From Polyangiaceae bacterium (GTDB lineage: Bacteria > Myxococcota_A > Polyangia > Polyangiales > Polyangiaceae), in NCBI GenBank assembly GCA_033763455.1, contig JANRKO010000028.1, forward strand, positions 64,001 to 128,000: a DNA stretch of 64,000 bases, in the 5' to 3' direction. Below, in pieces: positions 1 to 9,610 of the stretch. The translations under genes were made by a program, and so were the position numbers. A model generated the notes under the pieces. The model was not told the origin of the DNA and searched no databases. It saw nothing but the letters and a program-made list of their open reading frames with translations. The number at the start of each line of letters is the position of its first letter. Position 1 is the stretch's first letter.

Positions 1-115
1 GCGCGGCCTATTGGGGCGTATGTGCTAGCGGGCCACGCGCACTAGCTCCTCCACCTGAGACACGGGGTCGTGAAATTGCCGTTCTGCGGCCTCCGATGCG
101 TTCGGTTTCACGAGC

Positions 116-736
116 TTAGAGTTCAGCCCCTTCCTTAGCGCGCTTGAGCTTCTGCACTACTTCAGTGCCCACCCGAGCGACTGCGTCCGCGAGCGTTGCC
201 GCTAACGTCGTTGCCAGGCGCTGCTCCGCATCAGCGCCTTTTGGGGCGATTAGTTCGCGTTCAAGCGTGAGTGTTTTGTCAATCAACGACCCGCGTTCGT
301 CACGCAGGTTGAAGATCAGCGTTACGCGAGCCCGAGTTGGCTCGCCACGGATCTCTTCAAATGCTGTTAACTCCACGCTCAAGCTGGGACCGCTGCCAGT
401 TACCACGCGCTGCAGGCCCCGGCGCTCGAAAAGTTCGCGCTCGAGGGCGCGTCGAAGGTAGGCCTCAGGGACCTCGGTCCAACGACGATTGTCGTAGAAC
501 CCCACCTCCGAGCCACTCAAACGGTACGAAATGCGTTCGTCCAGGTACTGAGCGGAGGCCACCTCATCCAGGCGCAGAGCCAAATCCTTCTCCAAAGGAG
601 AAGCTACGGAAAGCGGGGGTTGCTCGGGGCTGAAATAGCGCGGAGATAGAGCCTCCGCCTTTGAGGTGAGGGCACACCCAGTTTGAAGATTCACAAGTGC
701 CAAACCCAGGCCCATCGCCCACAGGCGTGGTGTCAT
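116..736 (-). CDS. ABC transport auxiliary lipoprotein (PqiC/ABC_trans_aux-like)
   Basis: Lipobox-like LQTGC and RWTEVP motif; last gene of an mlaE-mlaF-mlaD operon, overlapping the mlaD stop. Confidence 0.8.
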   Translation of the reverse strand: MTPRLWAMGLGLALVNLQTGCALTSKAEALSPRYFSPEQPPLSVASPLEKDLALRLDEVASAQYLDERISYRLSGSEVGFYDNRRWTEVPEAYLRRALERELFERRGLQRVVTGSGPSLSVELTAFEEIRGEPTRARVTLIFNLRDERGSLIDKTLTLERELIAPKGADAEQRLATTLAATLADAVARVGTEVVQKLKRAKEGAEL

Positions 737-1695
737 TCTGGCCTCGTAGCTCTGCCCTTAAGCAGCATGTCTGGATCGCGTTCCAGATTATCTGCCAAGC
801 GTTTGATGGAGCGGGCAGTTCCTCGGACTTCGCGCAGCGTTAAGAGAAGCTCAGGCCCCACCGAACGGGCCCCCCGAGCCACCTCACCCATCGCATCGGC
901 GCTCCGCTCTGCGCTACGAAAAAGACCTTGCTCGCTCTCAAGGCGAGCCAGCAAATTGCTGGTTCGCGCAAGAATAACATTGAAGTCTTTGAGGTTCTTA
1001 TCGGCGGAGCTCACGAGCTGAGCAGTGTTCATCGCTTTCAACTGCGTGCTCAATTCATTGAGAGCGAGATTGGCGTGTTCGAGCGTGGCCCCAGCGCGCC
1101 CAGGGAGCTTTCCCTCTTCGATTTGTTGAGCAACGGCTCGCACCTCACTCATCGTTCGCGCCACATCGTCCGCGATTTCCGGAAAACGGTTGGTCGTTCT
1201 AATCACCGAATCCTCGATGTTTTTCATGGTTGAGGCCGCGGTAGGGATGTAGTTGGTGGGGGTTTTAAAGGGCAATGGCAGCACCGGGTTCGTTTTTGAA
1301 TCAAAGAAATCGATCTGAATAAACTTCACACCCGTGATGCCCGTTTGAGAAAGCTGCACACGCATATCCGGATGCATCACAATTCCGCCCCGGCCCGCTT
1401 CTGCGCGGCCCAGATTGAGCCTTCCCACCTGCTCCGCATTGAGCGCACTCGTAACCTGAACATGTCGTAGGTTCTCCGCGATATCGATCAGTGCCACTCG
1501 CCCCACCGTTACCCCGCGAAATTTCACGGGTGCGCCGAGCTCTAATCCCTGCACCGATTCGTCGAAATAGCTCACATATTCGATAGTCTTCTTGTTCCAA
1601 GTTCGAGCGCCAAACAGCGCCATCGCAGCCAATACCACACAAAACCCAAGAATCACGAAGAGCCCGAGCTTCCAACGATTGGTACCTACCGTCAT
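733..1695 (-). CDS. mlaD: MlaD/MCE family substrate-binding protein
   Basis: N-terminal TM helix, MCE motif YFDESVQGLELGAPVKFRGVTVGRV, long helical C-terminus. Confidence 0.92.
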   Translation of the reverse strand: MTVGTNRWKLGLFVILGFCVVLAAMALFGARTWNKKTIEYVSYFDESVQGLELGAPVKFRGVTVGRVALIDIAENLRHVQVTSALNAEQVGRLNLGRAEAGRGGIVMHPDMRVQLSQTGITGVKFIQIDFFDSKTNPVLPLPFKTPTNYIPTAASTMKNIEDSVIRTTNRFPEIADDVARTMSEVRAVAQQIEEGKLPGRAGATLEHANLALNELSTQLKAMNTAQLVSSADKNLKDFNVILARTSNLLARLESEQGLFRSAERSADAMGEVARGARSVGPELLLTLREVRGTARSIKRLADNLERDPDMLLKGRATRPE

Positions 1696-2435
1696 AGGGC
1701 GCCGCCTGCTTCACGGTTGAAGAACTGGTGAACACGCAAATCTGTACTCTCGCTACGAAGGCGCCTCGGATCGCCCGTCGCGAGGATGCTTTGCGTTTCG
1801 CGGTCCAACATGATGCAATTCTTTCCTACTTTGAAGATGCTCTCGAGCTCGTGGGTGACCATCACCACGGTCAGGCCGAGGCTTTCGTTGAGCGCTAAAA
1901 TCAGCTCGTCGAGCTCGGCGGCACTCACCGGGTCCAGTCCGGCTGACGGCTCGTCCAGAAATATTAGATTGGGTTCGAACGCCATGGCGCGAGCAATCGC
2001 CGCTCGCTTCTTCATGCCTCCAGAAAGCTCCGCCGGTAGTTTATTTTCGGCACCTTCGAGGCCAACTAGCGTGAGCTTTGCACGAACAATGGCGGATACC
2101 GCCACGGGCGGCAAGAGCGTCCACTCCTGGAGGGCAAACCCGACATTTTCGCCCACGGTCATCGAGCTGAAGAGCGCACCGGACTGAAACATAACTCCGT
2201 AACGGGGAGCTCGGCCTTCGAGGGTAGGAGCGCCGACGCCTGCGATATCAATCGTCCCAGCCCGGGGTGTCTCAAGCCCGACGAGGTGACGTAGGAGCGT
2301 CGATTTGCCGCAGCCACTACCACCGAGGATAATGAATATATCGCCCCGCTCCACTTCGAAGCTGGCACTCTTGAGGAGCACCGTGTCTCCGTGCCCCACT
2401 CGTAGGTCTTGGACACTAATGAGCGGCGTTTTCAT
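1692..2435 (-). CDS. mlaF: MlaF/Ttg2A-type ABC ATP-binding protein
   Basis: Walker A GGSGCGKS, signature LSGGMKKRAAIARA, Walker B IFLDEP, H-loop VTHEL; start placed at the ATG (2435) overlapping the mlaE stop. Confidence 0.93.
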   Translation of the reverse strand: MKTPLISVQDLRVGHGDTVLLKSASFEVERGDIFIILGGSGCGKSTLLRHLVGLETPRAGTIDIAGVGAPTLEGRAPRYGVMFQSGALFSSMTVGENVGFALQEWTLLPPVAVSAIVRAKLTLVGLEGAENKLPAELSGGMKKRAAIARAMAFEPNLIFLDEPSAGLDPVSAAELDELILALNESLGLTVVMVTHELESIFKVGKNCIMLDRETQSILATGDPRRLRSESTDLRVHQFFNREAGGAL

Positions 2436-3613
2436 AGCCCCAGCCCCGCCAATAGGATGGTGAAGATCGCGTCGATCACAATTAGCGCGAACAGAATGGA
2501 GACAACTGCACCGGTTGTGCGGCGGCCTACGCCTTCGGCGCCACCCGTGGTAGCTAGGCCCTGCTGGCAAGAAATGAGCGCAATCGCGCCCGCAAAAGCC
2601 ACACTCTTCACCAGTCCAGAAACGATATCACTTGGTTTCACCGCGCTCTCCAATTGGATAAGAAACCCTGTGGGGGTAATATCGAGCGTTAGCGCGGCGA
2701 CGACTAACCCGCCAAGAATGCCGACGGCGTCCGCCAGAAGCACCAAGAACGGAGCTACCAGAATGAGCCCGAGCATACGCGGCATCACCAAATGCCGAAG
2801 CGGCATGAAGCCCAAGGTTCGAAGCGCGTCGACCTCTTCGGATACCTGCATGGTGCCAAGTTCCGCGGCGAACGCGGCCCCTGAGCGTCCACACATGATA
2901 ATGGCCGTCATCAAAGGGCCTAACTCCCGCGTCATTGAGACAGCAACCAAGTCGACTACATAGATATTCGCTCCAAACTGCTTCAGCTGAACCGCGCTCT
3001 GGTACGCCATCACGAAGCCAATGAGGAAGTTGATCAACATAACGATCGGCGCTGCATCTGCGCCGGCTCGCTCCATCGTCGGGCCCACGTCATGGAAGTT
3101 GACTGTCTTAGGATGTTTCACGGCCTGGATCGCCGAGATGACGAGCTGGCCGAAGAAATCCAAGATTTGTCGGACCTCTAGGAGCACCGCAACAGTGGCG
3201 TTGCCAATCTGCTCCACGGCGTTGAGCGGCCTGCGCACGGCGCGTCTGCGTTTGGATTTGTTGTGCCCGCCATAGAGGTCAACAATCCGTTCGACTTCGG
3301 GTGTGGCACCAACAAACTCGCAAGCTATACGGCGGGAGCGGACGTTATTCCGAAAGTGAACCAGTAGCGCCATGCACGCGCCATCAATGAGCTGGATGCG
3401 TGAGAGGTCGATCGCCACCGACCGCACCCCCTTCAATTCAGCCAGCGACTCACCAATACGCTTCCAGAGTGCAGCGGAGTCATCAATAGTGATACTACCC
3501 CCGAGCTCAATACGCGACATTTCATCGGTTCGAGCAGGCTCCCAAGTAAAGCGCTGGACGAACCCTACAACTAGGCTCTTGCTGTCGTCAAAGCGTGACA
3601 ACTTCGGCAACAC
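2432..3613 (-). CDS. mlaE: MlaE permease with N-terminal STAS domain
   Basis: RELGPLMTAIIMCGRSGAAFAAELGTMQVSEEVDAL motif; STAS-like IDLSRIQLIDG; true start uncertain (possibly 3520). Confidence 0.92.
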   Translation of the reverse strand: MLPKLSRFDDSKSLVVGFVQRFTWEPARTDEMSRIELGGSITIDDSAALWKRIGESLAELKGVRSVAIDLSRIQLIDGACMALLVHFRNNVRSRRIACEFVGATPEVERIVDLYGGHNKSKRRRAVRRPLNAVEQIGNATVAVLLEVRQILDFFGQLVISAIQAVKHPKTVNFHDVGPTMERAGADAAPIVMLINFLIGFVMAYQSAVQLKQFGANIYVVDLVAVSMTRELGPLMTAIIMCGRSGAAFAAELGTMQVSEEVDALRTLGFMPLRHLVMPRMLGLILVAPFLVLLADAVGILGGLVVAALTLDITPTGFLIQLESAVKPSDIVSGLVKSVAFAGAIALISCQQGLATTGGAEGVGRRTTGAVVSILFALIVIDAIFTILLAGLGL

Positions 3614-3626
3614 GTCGCCCTTTCAT

Positions 3627-4184
3627 TCAGAATGCCACACCGAACTGAAACCCAGCTGGCCAATTGACACGCGCCAAGAGTGCGGCTCGGGGTGACAAAT
3701 GCAGCCGAGCTCCGAGCCCGAGATATGGCGAAACGAAGGGCCCATTAGGAGCGTAGCCGCGATAGTGATCGTCGCCCGCGAAGGCTACGACACCGAGTTC
3801 GGGGAATACCGACCAGCTTTCACTTAGGTAAAAGTTCCACTGTAGTGCGCCAAGCGGCCACACCGCCGTATTGTAGCGACCATGGGAAAAGAACACCTCT
3901 GCGCCAAGGCTCAACGTTAAGTCATCGTCGGCACTTTGCAGAAGGCCGGCGGGAACAATCGGGAACTCCACGCGCCCGCCAACGCCGTAGGCCTCGCGCA
4001 GGTCCAAATCTATGTGTAGATCGAAGCGTGGGCTACCGCGAAGCGAGGACATGTCGCCGGCGGCGCGGGCCGTGTGCTGTGCAAGGCTCAACGCCAACGC
4101 GATGGCTGAGGCAATTGCAACCCGTGTGGCGTTTTGGCGGTGGGTGTGGCGCGATGGCTGGCTCGCCGCATACTTCTGGCTCAT
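3627..4184 (-). CDS. Exported, probable small outer-membrane beta-barrel protein
   Basis: Signal peptide ending ARA, alternating aromatic beta-strands, C-terminal Phe (FQFGVAF); start chosen at ATG 4184. Confidence 0.6.
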   Translation of the reverse strand: MSQKYAASQPSRHTHRQNATRVAIASAIALALSLAQHTARAAGDMSSLRGSPRFDLHIDLDLREAYGVGGRVEFPIVPAGLLQSADDDLTLSLGAEVFFSHGRYNTAVWPLGALQWNFYLSESWSVFPELGVVAFAGDDHYRGYAPNGPFVSPYLGLGARLHLSPRAALLARVNWPAGFQFGVAF

Positions 4185-4351
4185 AGGTGCATCCGCCCGC
4201 TCAAAATCAGCACCACGAGTACCAACGCAATTAACCCAAGGCCGCCGCTTGGGCCGTAGCCCCAGCTGCGACTGTGTGGCCAGACGGGTGCCGCCCCTAG
4301 AGCGATCAGCACGAGTATTATGAGAAGGATGGTTAGCATCTGTGTCGAGAG

Positions 4352-4367
4352 TGCAAGGTGAATGCCA
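4352..4367 (-). promoter_or_regulatory. sigma54 -24/-12 promoter-like motif
   Basis: TGGCATTCACCTTGCA (GG-N10-GC) upstream of the 4184 gene. Confidence 0.6.
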
Positions 4368-4408
4368 ACCCGAGTGTCGAAGGGTCAGCGCTGAGCCGCC
4401 CTGCCCCT

Positions 4409-6193
4409 TTAAGGTTTGCATTTTCCTTTGCCCTTGCTGCTAACACACTCGCCTTTGCATGCCGAAAGGCCCGCGTTGCATTGGATACCGCATTGGCTAT
4501 TGCTACATGTAGCTTTGCCTCCAACTACCCCTGGGCAGGCCTTACCGCATTGTCCGCAGTTGGCAACGTCGCTCTTCACGTCCACACACTGTTGTCCGCA
4601 GCGAACCAATGCTTGCTTGCACTGGAATGAACAAACCCCGCTATTACAGCTAGGTGCGGCGTTGCTCGGGGCACCGCAGATCTTGCCGCAGGAGCCGCAG
4701 TTAGAGGTATCGGATGCAAGCTCGACGCAAGCTCCGCTGCACTCAGTTTTCGAGCCACAGGCCATACCGCACACCCCGGACTCGCATACTTGACCCATGG
4801 CACATGCCGTTGAGCAGCCGCCACAGTGCGCAGGATCCGCGTTTGTATTGACGCACTGGCCGCCGCAAAGGCTGAAGCCGGCGTTACAAGTGATACCGCA
4901 GACACCAGCCGCGCACGTCGCCTGGCCATTGGCGGCAGCCGGACAGGAATTGCCGCAAACGCCGCAATTTTTGGCATCCACGTCGCTGCGAACACATTGG
5001 CCGCTGCACGAGGTATAGCCCGCATCGCAAGCAATCCCACACATCCCATTAGCGCAGCTGGGCACGCCATGGGCCGCACCGGGACACATCACGTCGCAAC
5101 TGCCGCAGTGAGCCGGGTCGCTCGCTAGATCAGAACAAGATCCATTGCAGTTTTCGGCGGTGCCTGAGCAACTCACCGTGCAGTTTCCAGCATTGCAGAC
5201 CTCCCCCGACGCACATGCATGTCCACAGGCGCCACAGTTTGAAGGATCACGGGCTGTTTGTACGCACTCCCCGCTGCACTCCGCGTAACCCGCAGAACAG
5301 ACAATCGCACACACACCTTTTTCACAACGGCTTTGACCATTGGCTGGGGCGTTGCACGCCGCGTCGCAGGCGCCACAATTGGCAGCGTCCGTGAGGGTAT
5401 CCACACAGGTGTTACCGCATTTGGTCCACCCGGCGTTGCAGCTGAAGTCGCAGTTCGAATTCGTGCACAAGGGTGTGCCTTGCGCCGGCGTTGGGCAACG
5501 CATGCCGCACGTGCCGCAGTGATTCACGCTTGAGGCCACGTCCACACAGGCCCCTGAACAAGCCGAAAGGCCTCCCGCGCAGCTCTCTGCACAGACGCCG
5601 TTCGAGCACACCTCACCGGGAATGCACGCCGTGTTGCAGCTTCCGCAGCGACCGGGATCGGTGCTTACGTCAGTGCAATCGCCAGCACACGCTTGGAAGG
5701 GCGCGCGACATAACGCCTGGCACTTCCCGTCCACGCAGCTCGCGGTTCCCCCGGCTTGCTCGGGGCAGACGGCGCCGCAGGCTCCGCAATTTTGCGGATC
5801 GTGATTAGTGTCCACGCACTGGGATCCGCAGGCAACGTAGGGCTTAAGGCAGGCAAAATTGCAATCATTGTTGAGGCAAATGGGCGCCGCGTTTGCAGGG
5901 GCGCTACAAGTTGCGCCGCAACCACCACAGCTTTTGGCATCGCTTGCAAGCAAGCGGCATTCGTTTCCGCAGAGAGTCATCCCCTCTTGGCACCCGATGG
6001 GGAGCTCAGATAACGGTGCTCCAGGGGTAGCGCGGATGCAGCGGTTGGTCACCGTGTTGCAGACGTAGCCGTCCACACAACGTTGGGCGGCATCGCAGGC
6101 CCTACCTTCCAAGCTTTCTGACATGCCGGAATCGCAAGCCCCTGCGAAGTACGCAAACAGGATCCACACAAGGCGAAACACCCTTGGTGGCAC
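4409..6193 (-). CDS. Cys-rich repeat surface lipoprotein (STIG1/MXAN_6577-like repeats)
   Basis: Lipobox-like FAGAC; 11 copies of CVDxxxDxxNCGxCGxxC. Confidence 0.85.
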   Translation of the reverse strand: MPPRVFRLVWILFAYFAGACDSGMSESLEGRACDAAQRCVDGYVCNTVTNRCIRATPGAPLSELPIGCQEGMTLCGNECRLLASDAKSCGGCGATCSAPANAAPICLNNDCNFACLKPYVACGSQCVDTNHDPQNCGACGAVCPEQAGGTASCVDGKCQALCRAPFQACAGDCTDVSTDPGRCGSCNTACIPGEVCSNGVCAESCAGGLSACSGACVDVASSVNHCGTCGMRCPTPAQGTPLCTNSNCDFSCNAGWTKCGNTCVDTLTDAANCGACDAACNAPANGQSRCEKGVCAIVCSAGYAECSGECVQTARDPSNCGACGHACASGEVCNAGNCTVSCSGTAENCNGSCSDLASDPAHCGSCDVMCPGAAHGVPSCANGMCGIACDAGYTSCSGQCVRSDVDAKNCGVCGNSCPAAANGQATCAAGVCGITCNAGFSLCGGQCVNTNADPAHCGGCSTACAMGQVCESGVCGMACGSKTECSGACVELASDTSNCGSCGKICGAPSNAAPSCNSGVCSFQCKQALVRCGQQCVDVKSDVANCGQCGKACPGVVGGKATCSNSQCGIQCNAGLSACKGECVSSKGKGKCKP

Positions 6194-7230
6194 TAGAAGT
6201 TCCCCTTGGCGACCATGCTGCAGCCGTGCGCGCCGCAGCCGAATCCGACACGCGTTATTGGATCTGGGCTGGTGTTGAACACGAACAATACACCCCCGGT
6301 AATTACCAAGGCGCCGCCGATGCCACCCAAGATGCGCGCCGCCTGCTTGTCCGCTGCCATTCTGTCAAGGTGCGTTTTGAACTCCACTTGCGATGCAGCG
6401 CTCCTTGCCTTGGACTCTTCGGAGCGCCTTGCGAGCTCGAAACCAAGCGAAGCCCCAAGACTCGCGGCACCCACTCCGGTTGGGATCCAAGGCAGATCGC
6501 CAAAGCGACGCGCTGGCCTATCTTCGGGAGTTGTACCCAGGCGCTTCAGAACGGGTTGTGAGGTTTGGGTGGGCTGGCTGGTGTACAAGCTCACGGCCTT
6601 TTCGGGGCGAGGCTGTAACGTGAGTACGTAGGAGGCGTCCTTCGGTTCGAACTTGCTCAGTAGCACTTCGGAATTCTCATCGTGGTAGCCATCTAAGTGG
6701 AGGTGAAGCTGGTGCTTGCCTGGGCTGAGCTCAAGGGTGATGGGGGTAGTCCCAACATTTTGACGATCGATGAGCACGGTGGCGCCTGTTGGCGTCGACA
6801 GCACGCTGAGCTGTTGAAGCCCCTGGGTCGCCAGAACCCGAGCCATGGCAGTAATTCGGTTCAGCACAACTGGGGCGTTGGGGGCGCTTGGATTGCGGCG
6901 CAAGTAGTCGCGGAACCACCGTAAAGCAGCTCGCTCATCGCCCAGGTTTTCGTAGGCGAGGGCGATGTTGAATGAGAGTGCGGCACTTGGAGCGAGCGCA
7001 TCGGCCTGTAGGAAAAGCTGAACGGCGTCTACAAAGCGACGTTCACGAAACGCTTCCGATCCCATTTGGTACTTGGCCTTCGCTGAGTCGCGCCGGGCCT
7101 CCGAGATGCTTTCGGCGCTAGGGATCTGAGCTCGTGCATTTGCGGGTATACCGCATATGCAGCAACATGCCCCGAGCCAAAGCGCGGCGAAATAGCGCGA
7201 GACAATTTGGTTTTGGTGGCGCGGATCCAT
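6193..7230 (-). CDS. TPR + PEGA domain exported protein
   Basis: Signal peptide, TPR-like helices (FNIALAYENLG), PEGA motif STPTGATVLID...GTTP...PGKH...GY, C-terminal hydrophobic segments. Confidence 0.88.
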   Translation of the reverse strand: MDPRHQNQIVSRYFAALWLGACCCICGIPANARAQIPSAESISEARRDSAKAKYQMGSEAFRERRFVDAVQLFLQADALAPSAALSFNIALAYENLGDERAALRWFRDYLRRNPSAPNAPVVLNRITAMARVLATQGLQQLSVLSTPTGATVLIDRQNVGTTPITLELSPGKHQLHLHLDGYHDENSEVLLSKFEPKDASYVLTLQPRPEKAVSLYTSQPTQTSQPVLKRLGTTPEDRPARRFGDLPWIPTGVGAASLGASLGFELARRSEESKARSAASQVEFKTHLDRMAADKQAARILGGIGGALVITGGVLFVFNTSPDPITRVGFGCGAHGCSMVAKGNF

Positions 7231-7237
7231 TGCACTC

Positions 7238-8728
7238 TCAGTACGGTTGCATCAACTCGACTGCCGTGGCGCGACTTGGGGTCGGGGTCGGACTCTCGTC
7301 GACGTCGGGTAAGCGCTGCCGCGCGCCGGCATGCTCAGTTTTGGCGGAGCGATCTGCCTGTGCGGATGCTGCGGGTACTGGTTCCACCAATGTTTTTATA
7401 GTGGAAACGGGTGTCGGCGATGCCAACGGCGACGTCGGCAATGGCAAACGCGCGGGGAGCTGCGACTCAATACGGGGCACCGCTTCGTTTGTGCGCACCG
7501 CAGCTGTCCATTTTCGATCAGTTGATGCCCAAACGGCCGCCAGCCCCAACGCAGTTGCTAGCGCTGTCAGCAGCCACGGCAGACGACGCCCCCTGGAGCT
7601 TGCCGTGTTGTTCCTCGGCAAACCGCTTTCCGAAGTTGGAGCAATCACAGCTTGCGACGGGAGAGTGGCCGGCCTCGATACACTGGCGACGAGTGCAGAA
7701 CGTGGGAGCCCAGGAGAAGCCCTGAACCCTTCCGCTTGCACATTCCACTTTGCCTCCAACGAGGCTCCGCAAGCGTCTTCAAGCACACCATGGTGCATGA
7801 GCCACGCAGCCAGCGTTGAACCCAGCTCTTCCATGGATTTAGGCCTGAGATCGGGGTCTTTTCGTAGGCCCCACTGGATGATTTGCGACAGCGAATCGTC
7901 GACGCCCGCCTCGGCGGCGAAGGGCGCAGGCTCGTGTTCAATGATGGAGTAAAGCACGGCAACGTTGCTTCCACCTCCGAACGGAGGCCGTTGGGTGATG
8001 AGCTCATACAAGACAACGCAAAAAGACCAGATGTCGGAGCGGTGATCAATGTTAGCAGTGCCTTGCGCCTGCTCCGGAGACATATAGTCAGGGCTTCCGA
8101 TTAGTGTGCCATCTTGGGTTACTTGCCGAGAGCTTGTGGAGTGGTGGCCACTGAGTTTTGCGATGCCAAAATCCAGCAATTTCGGCTGTAAACTGGCGTT
8201 GCTAGTCGAGAGAAAAACGTTGTCAGGCTTTAGATCTCTGTGAACGATGCCCTTATCGTGCGCTAGCACCAAGGCTTCGGCGATGGGAAGCATCAGCTGA
8301 ACCGCGCGCACGGAGGAGATGGGTCCGCGGGCTGCTAAGTGCGATAGCGGCTCACCATCTAGCAATTCCATGACCACAAATGGCTCGCCTTGCTCGGTTT
8401 CCCCCGCGTCGAACACGCGAACGATGTTCGGATGCACAAGTTGTGCGGAAACCCGAGCCTCGATCTTCAAGCGCTCCCTAAGCTCTGCGCTTGCTTCCCC
8501 CGCTCTCAACAGCTTGAGGGCCACGTGCGAGCCCAACTGGAGGTTGAGTGCACTCCAAACCGAAGCCATGCCGCCTTCGCCTACCAACGTTTCAAGCTGA
8601 TACTTTCCAGCCACAACCATGCCACTCCGGCGTATGCCGGGCGCTCGCGCGGGGGACTGGAGAGGGTCAGAGGTTGGCATTCGGAAGGACAAGCCTTCGA
8701 CTGCGCTGAGCAAGGCCGGGGCACCCAT
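7238..8728 (-). CDS. Membrane-anchored Hanks-type Ser/Thr protein kinase
   Basis: GEGGMASV, VALK, HRDLKPDN, DFG, YMSPEQ; TM helix then Pro-rich tail. Confidence 0.95.
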   Translation of the reverse strand: MGAPALLSAVEGLSFRMPTSDPLQSPARAPGIRRSGMVVAGKYQLETLVGEGGMASVWSALNLQLGSHVALKLLRAGEASAELRERLKIEARVSAQLVHPNIVRVFDAGETEQGEPFVVMELLDGEPLSHLAARGPISSVRAVQLMLPIAEALVLAHDKGIVHRDLKPDNVFLSTSNASLQPKLLDFGIAKLSGHHSTSSRQVTQDGTLIGSPDYMSPEQAQGTANIDHRSDIWSFCVVLYELITQRPPFGGGSNVAVLYSIIEHEPAPFAAEAGVDDSLSQIIQWGLRKDPDLRPKSMEELGSTLAAWLMHHGVLEDACGASLEAKWNVQAEGFRASPGLPRSALVASVSRPATLPSQAVIAPTSESGLPRNNTASSRGRRLPWLLTALATALGLAAVWASTDRKWTAAVRTNEAVPRIESQLPARLPLPTSPLASPTPVSTIKTLVEPVPAASAQADRSAKTEHAGARQRLPDVDESPTPTPSRATAVELMQPY

Positions 8729-8739
8729 GCCTAGCTACG

Positions 8740-8755
8740 AGCAACATTCACGCCA
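8740..8755 (-). promoter_or_regulatory. sigma54 promoter-like motif, leaderless geometry
   Basis: TGGCGTGAATGTTGCT; kinase ATG (8728) begins 13 nt after the -12 C. Confidence 0.6.
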
Positions 8756-8857
8756 TCACGTTTCTTGCCTGGTTGAGCACCGTAGGCCGTATAACCGGGC
8801 GCCGCTGCGACCTAAATGCCGCGCGTGGGGCAATACGCCTCACTCCTCGCAAGCGCT

Positions 8858-9100
8858 TCATGGGTAGTACTCCGGCAGGCGCCGAGGCGAATGCGCTGCA
8901 AGCAGCCGCCATTTGAGGAATCGGTGATAACAGCTCGAGCAGCGAAACGGTAAGACGCCAAAGAAGCTAAGTGCGCGCTCTACCCTTCCGCGCCGCCGAG
9001 AGCGTGTTGAACTCGCTTGGCAATGAGGACAAGCAGGGTGGACCCCGAGAAGCTGAGCTGGACGCGAGGCATTAGAGATAGTCATGGCGGGTCTAAACAC
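8858..9100 (-). CDS. Small zinc-ribbon protein
   Basis: CPHC...RSRRRG.VER.L....PFRCSSC..RF two-knuckle pattern; sigma54-like motif upstream; start may be 9085. Confidence 0.55.
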   Translation of the reverse strand: MFRPAMTISNASRPAQLLGVHPACPHCQASSTRSRRRGRVERALSFFGVLPFRCSSCYHRFLKWRLLAAHSPRRLPEYYP

Positions 9101-9150
9101 GAATTAGCAGCCCAACATTTTCGCAGGGCACGGAAGCGGAAAATGTACAA

Positions 9151-9166
9151 AGCACGACTCGTGCCA
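9151..9166 (-). promoter_or_regulatory. sigma54 promoter-like motif
   Basis: TGGCACGAGTCGTGCT, near consensus. Confidence 0.65.
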
Positions 9167-9202
9167 GTCGCTTTGGTAACGTGGGCGTGATCGGTTGCCA
9201 CA

Positions 9203-9218
9203 TGGTTCGTTCCTTGCA
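9203..9218 (+). promoter_or_regulatory. sigma54 promoter-like motif, leaderless geometry
   Basis: TGGTTCGTTCCTTGCA; ATG 9230 begins 13 nt after the -12 C; no SD. Confidence 0.55.
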
Positions 9219-9229
9219 CTATTCCGAGC

Positions 9230-9598
9230 ATGAGTGATTACCACGAGCCTTGGGAAAAGCTTTCGAGTGAATGCCGAGACCTCCACCGCGCTTTGGTGAG
9301 TTTGAAGGAGGAGATTGAGGCGGTGGATTGGTATGAGCAGCGTGCGTGTTTAGCCGCAGATCAAAGTCTTGCGCGCATTCTGCGCCATAATCGAGACGAG
9401 GAAATCGAACACGCCTGCATGACACTCGAATGGCTGCGCAGGACTGTGCCGGCGTGGGATGCGCAGCTCAAACGCTATCTCTTTACCGCTTCCGAGATTG
9501 TCAAAGAAGAGCCCAAAGCCGAGACATCTCCATTCAAAGGGTTAGCAGACGACGTGCGACCGCCTGCAGAAGCCCCGCACCTTCAGGTGCGCGGCTGA
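9230..9598 (+). CDS. Encapsulin-associated ferritin-like protein (EncFtn family)
   Basis: HEP...HRALVSLKEEIEAVDWYEQR...ILRHNRDEEIEHACMTLEWLRR...YLFT closely matches the Rhodospirillum rubrum EncFtn ferroxidase core. Confidence 0.9.
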   Translation: MSDYHEPWEKLSSECRDLHRALVSLKEEIEAVDWYEQRACLAADQSLARILRHNRDEEIEHACMTLEWLRRTVPAWDAQLKRYLFTASEIVKEEPKAETSPFKGLADDVRPPAEAPHLQVRG

Positions 9599-9610
9599 GG
9601 CCTGACCCGC

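Noticed and set aside
4409..6193. Repetitive DNA that might be a CRISPR array or RiPP precursor array
   Set aside because: Repeats are degenerate, in-frame Cys-rich protein repeats; no cas or maturase genes nearby
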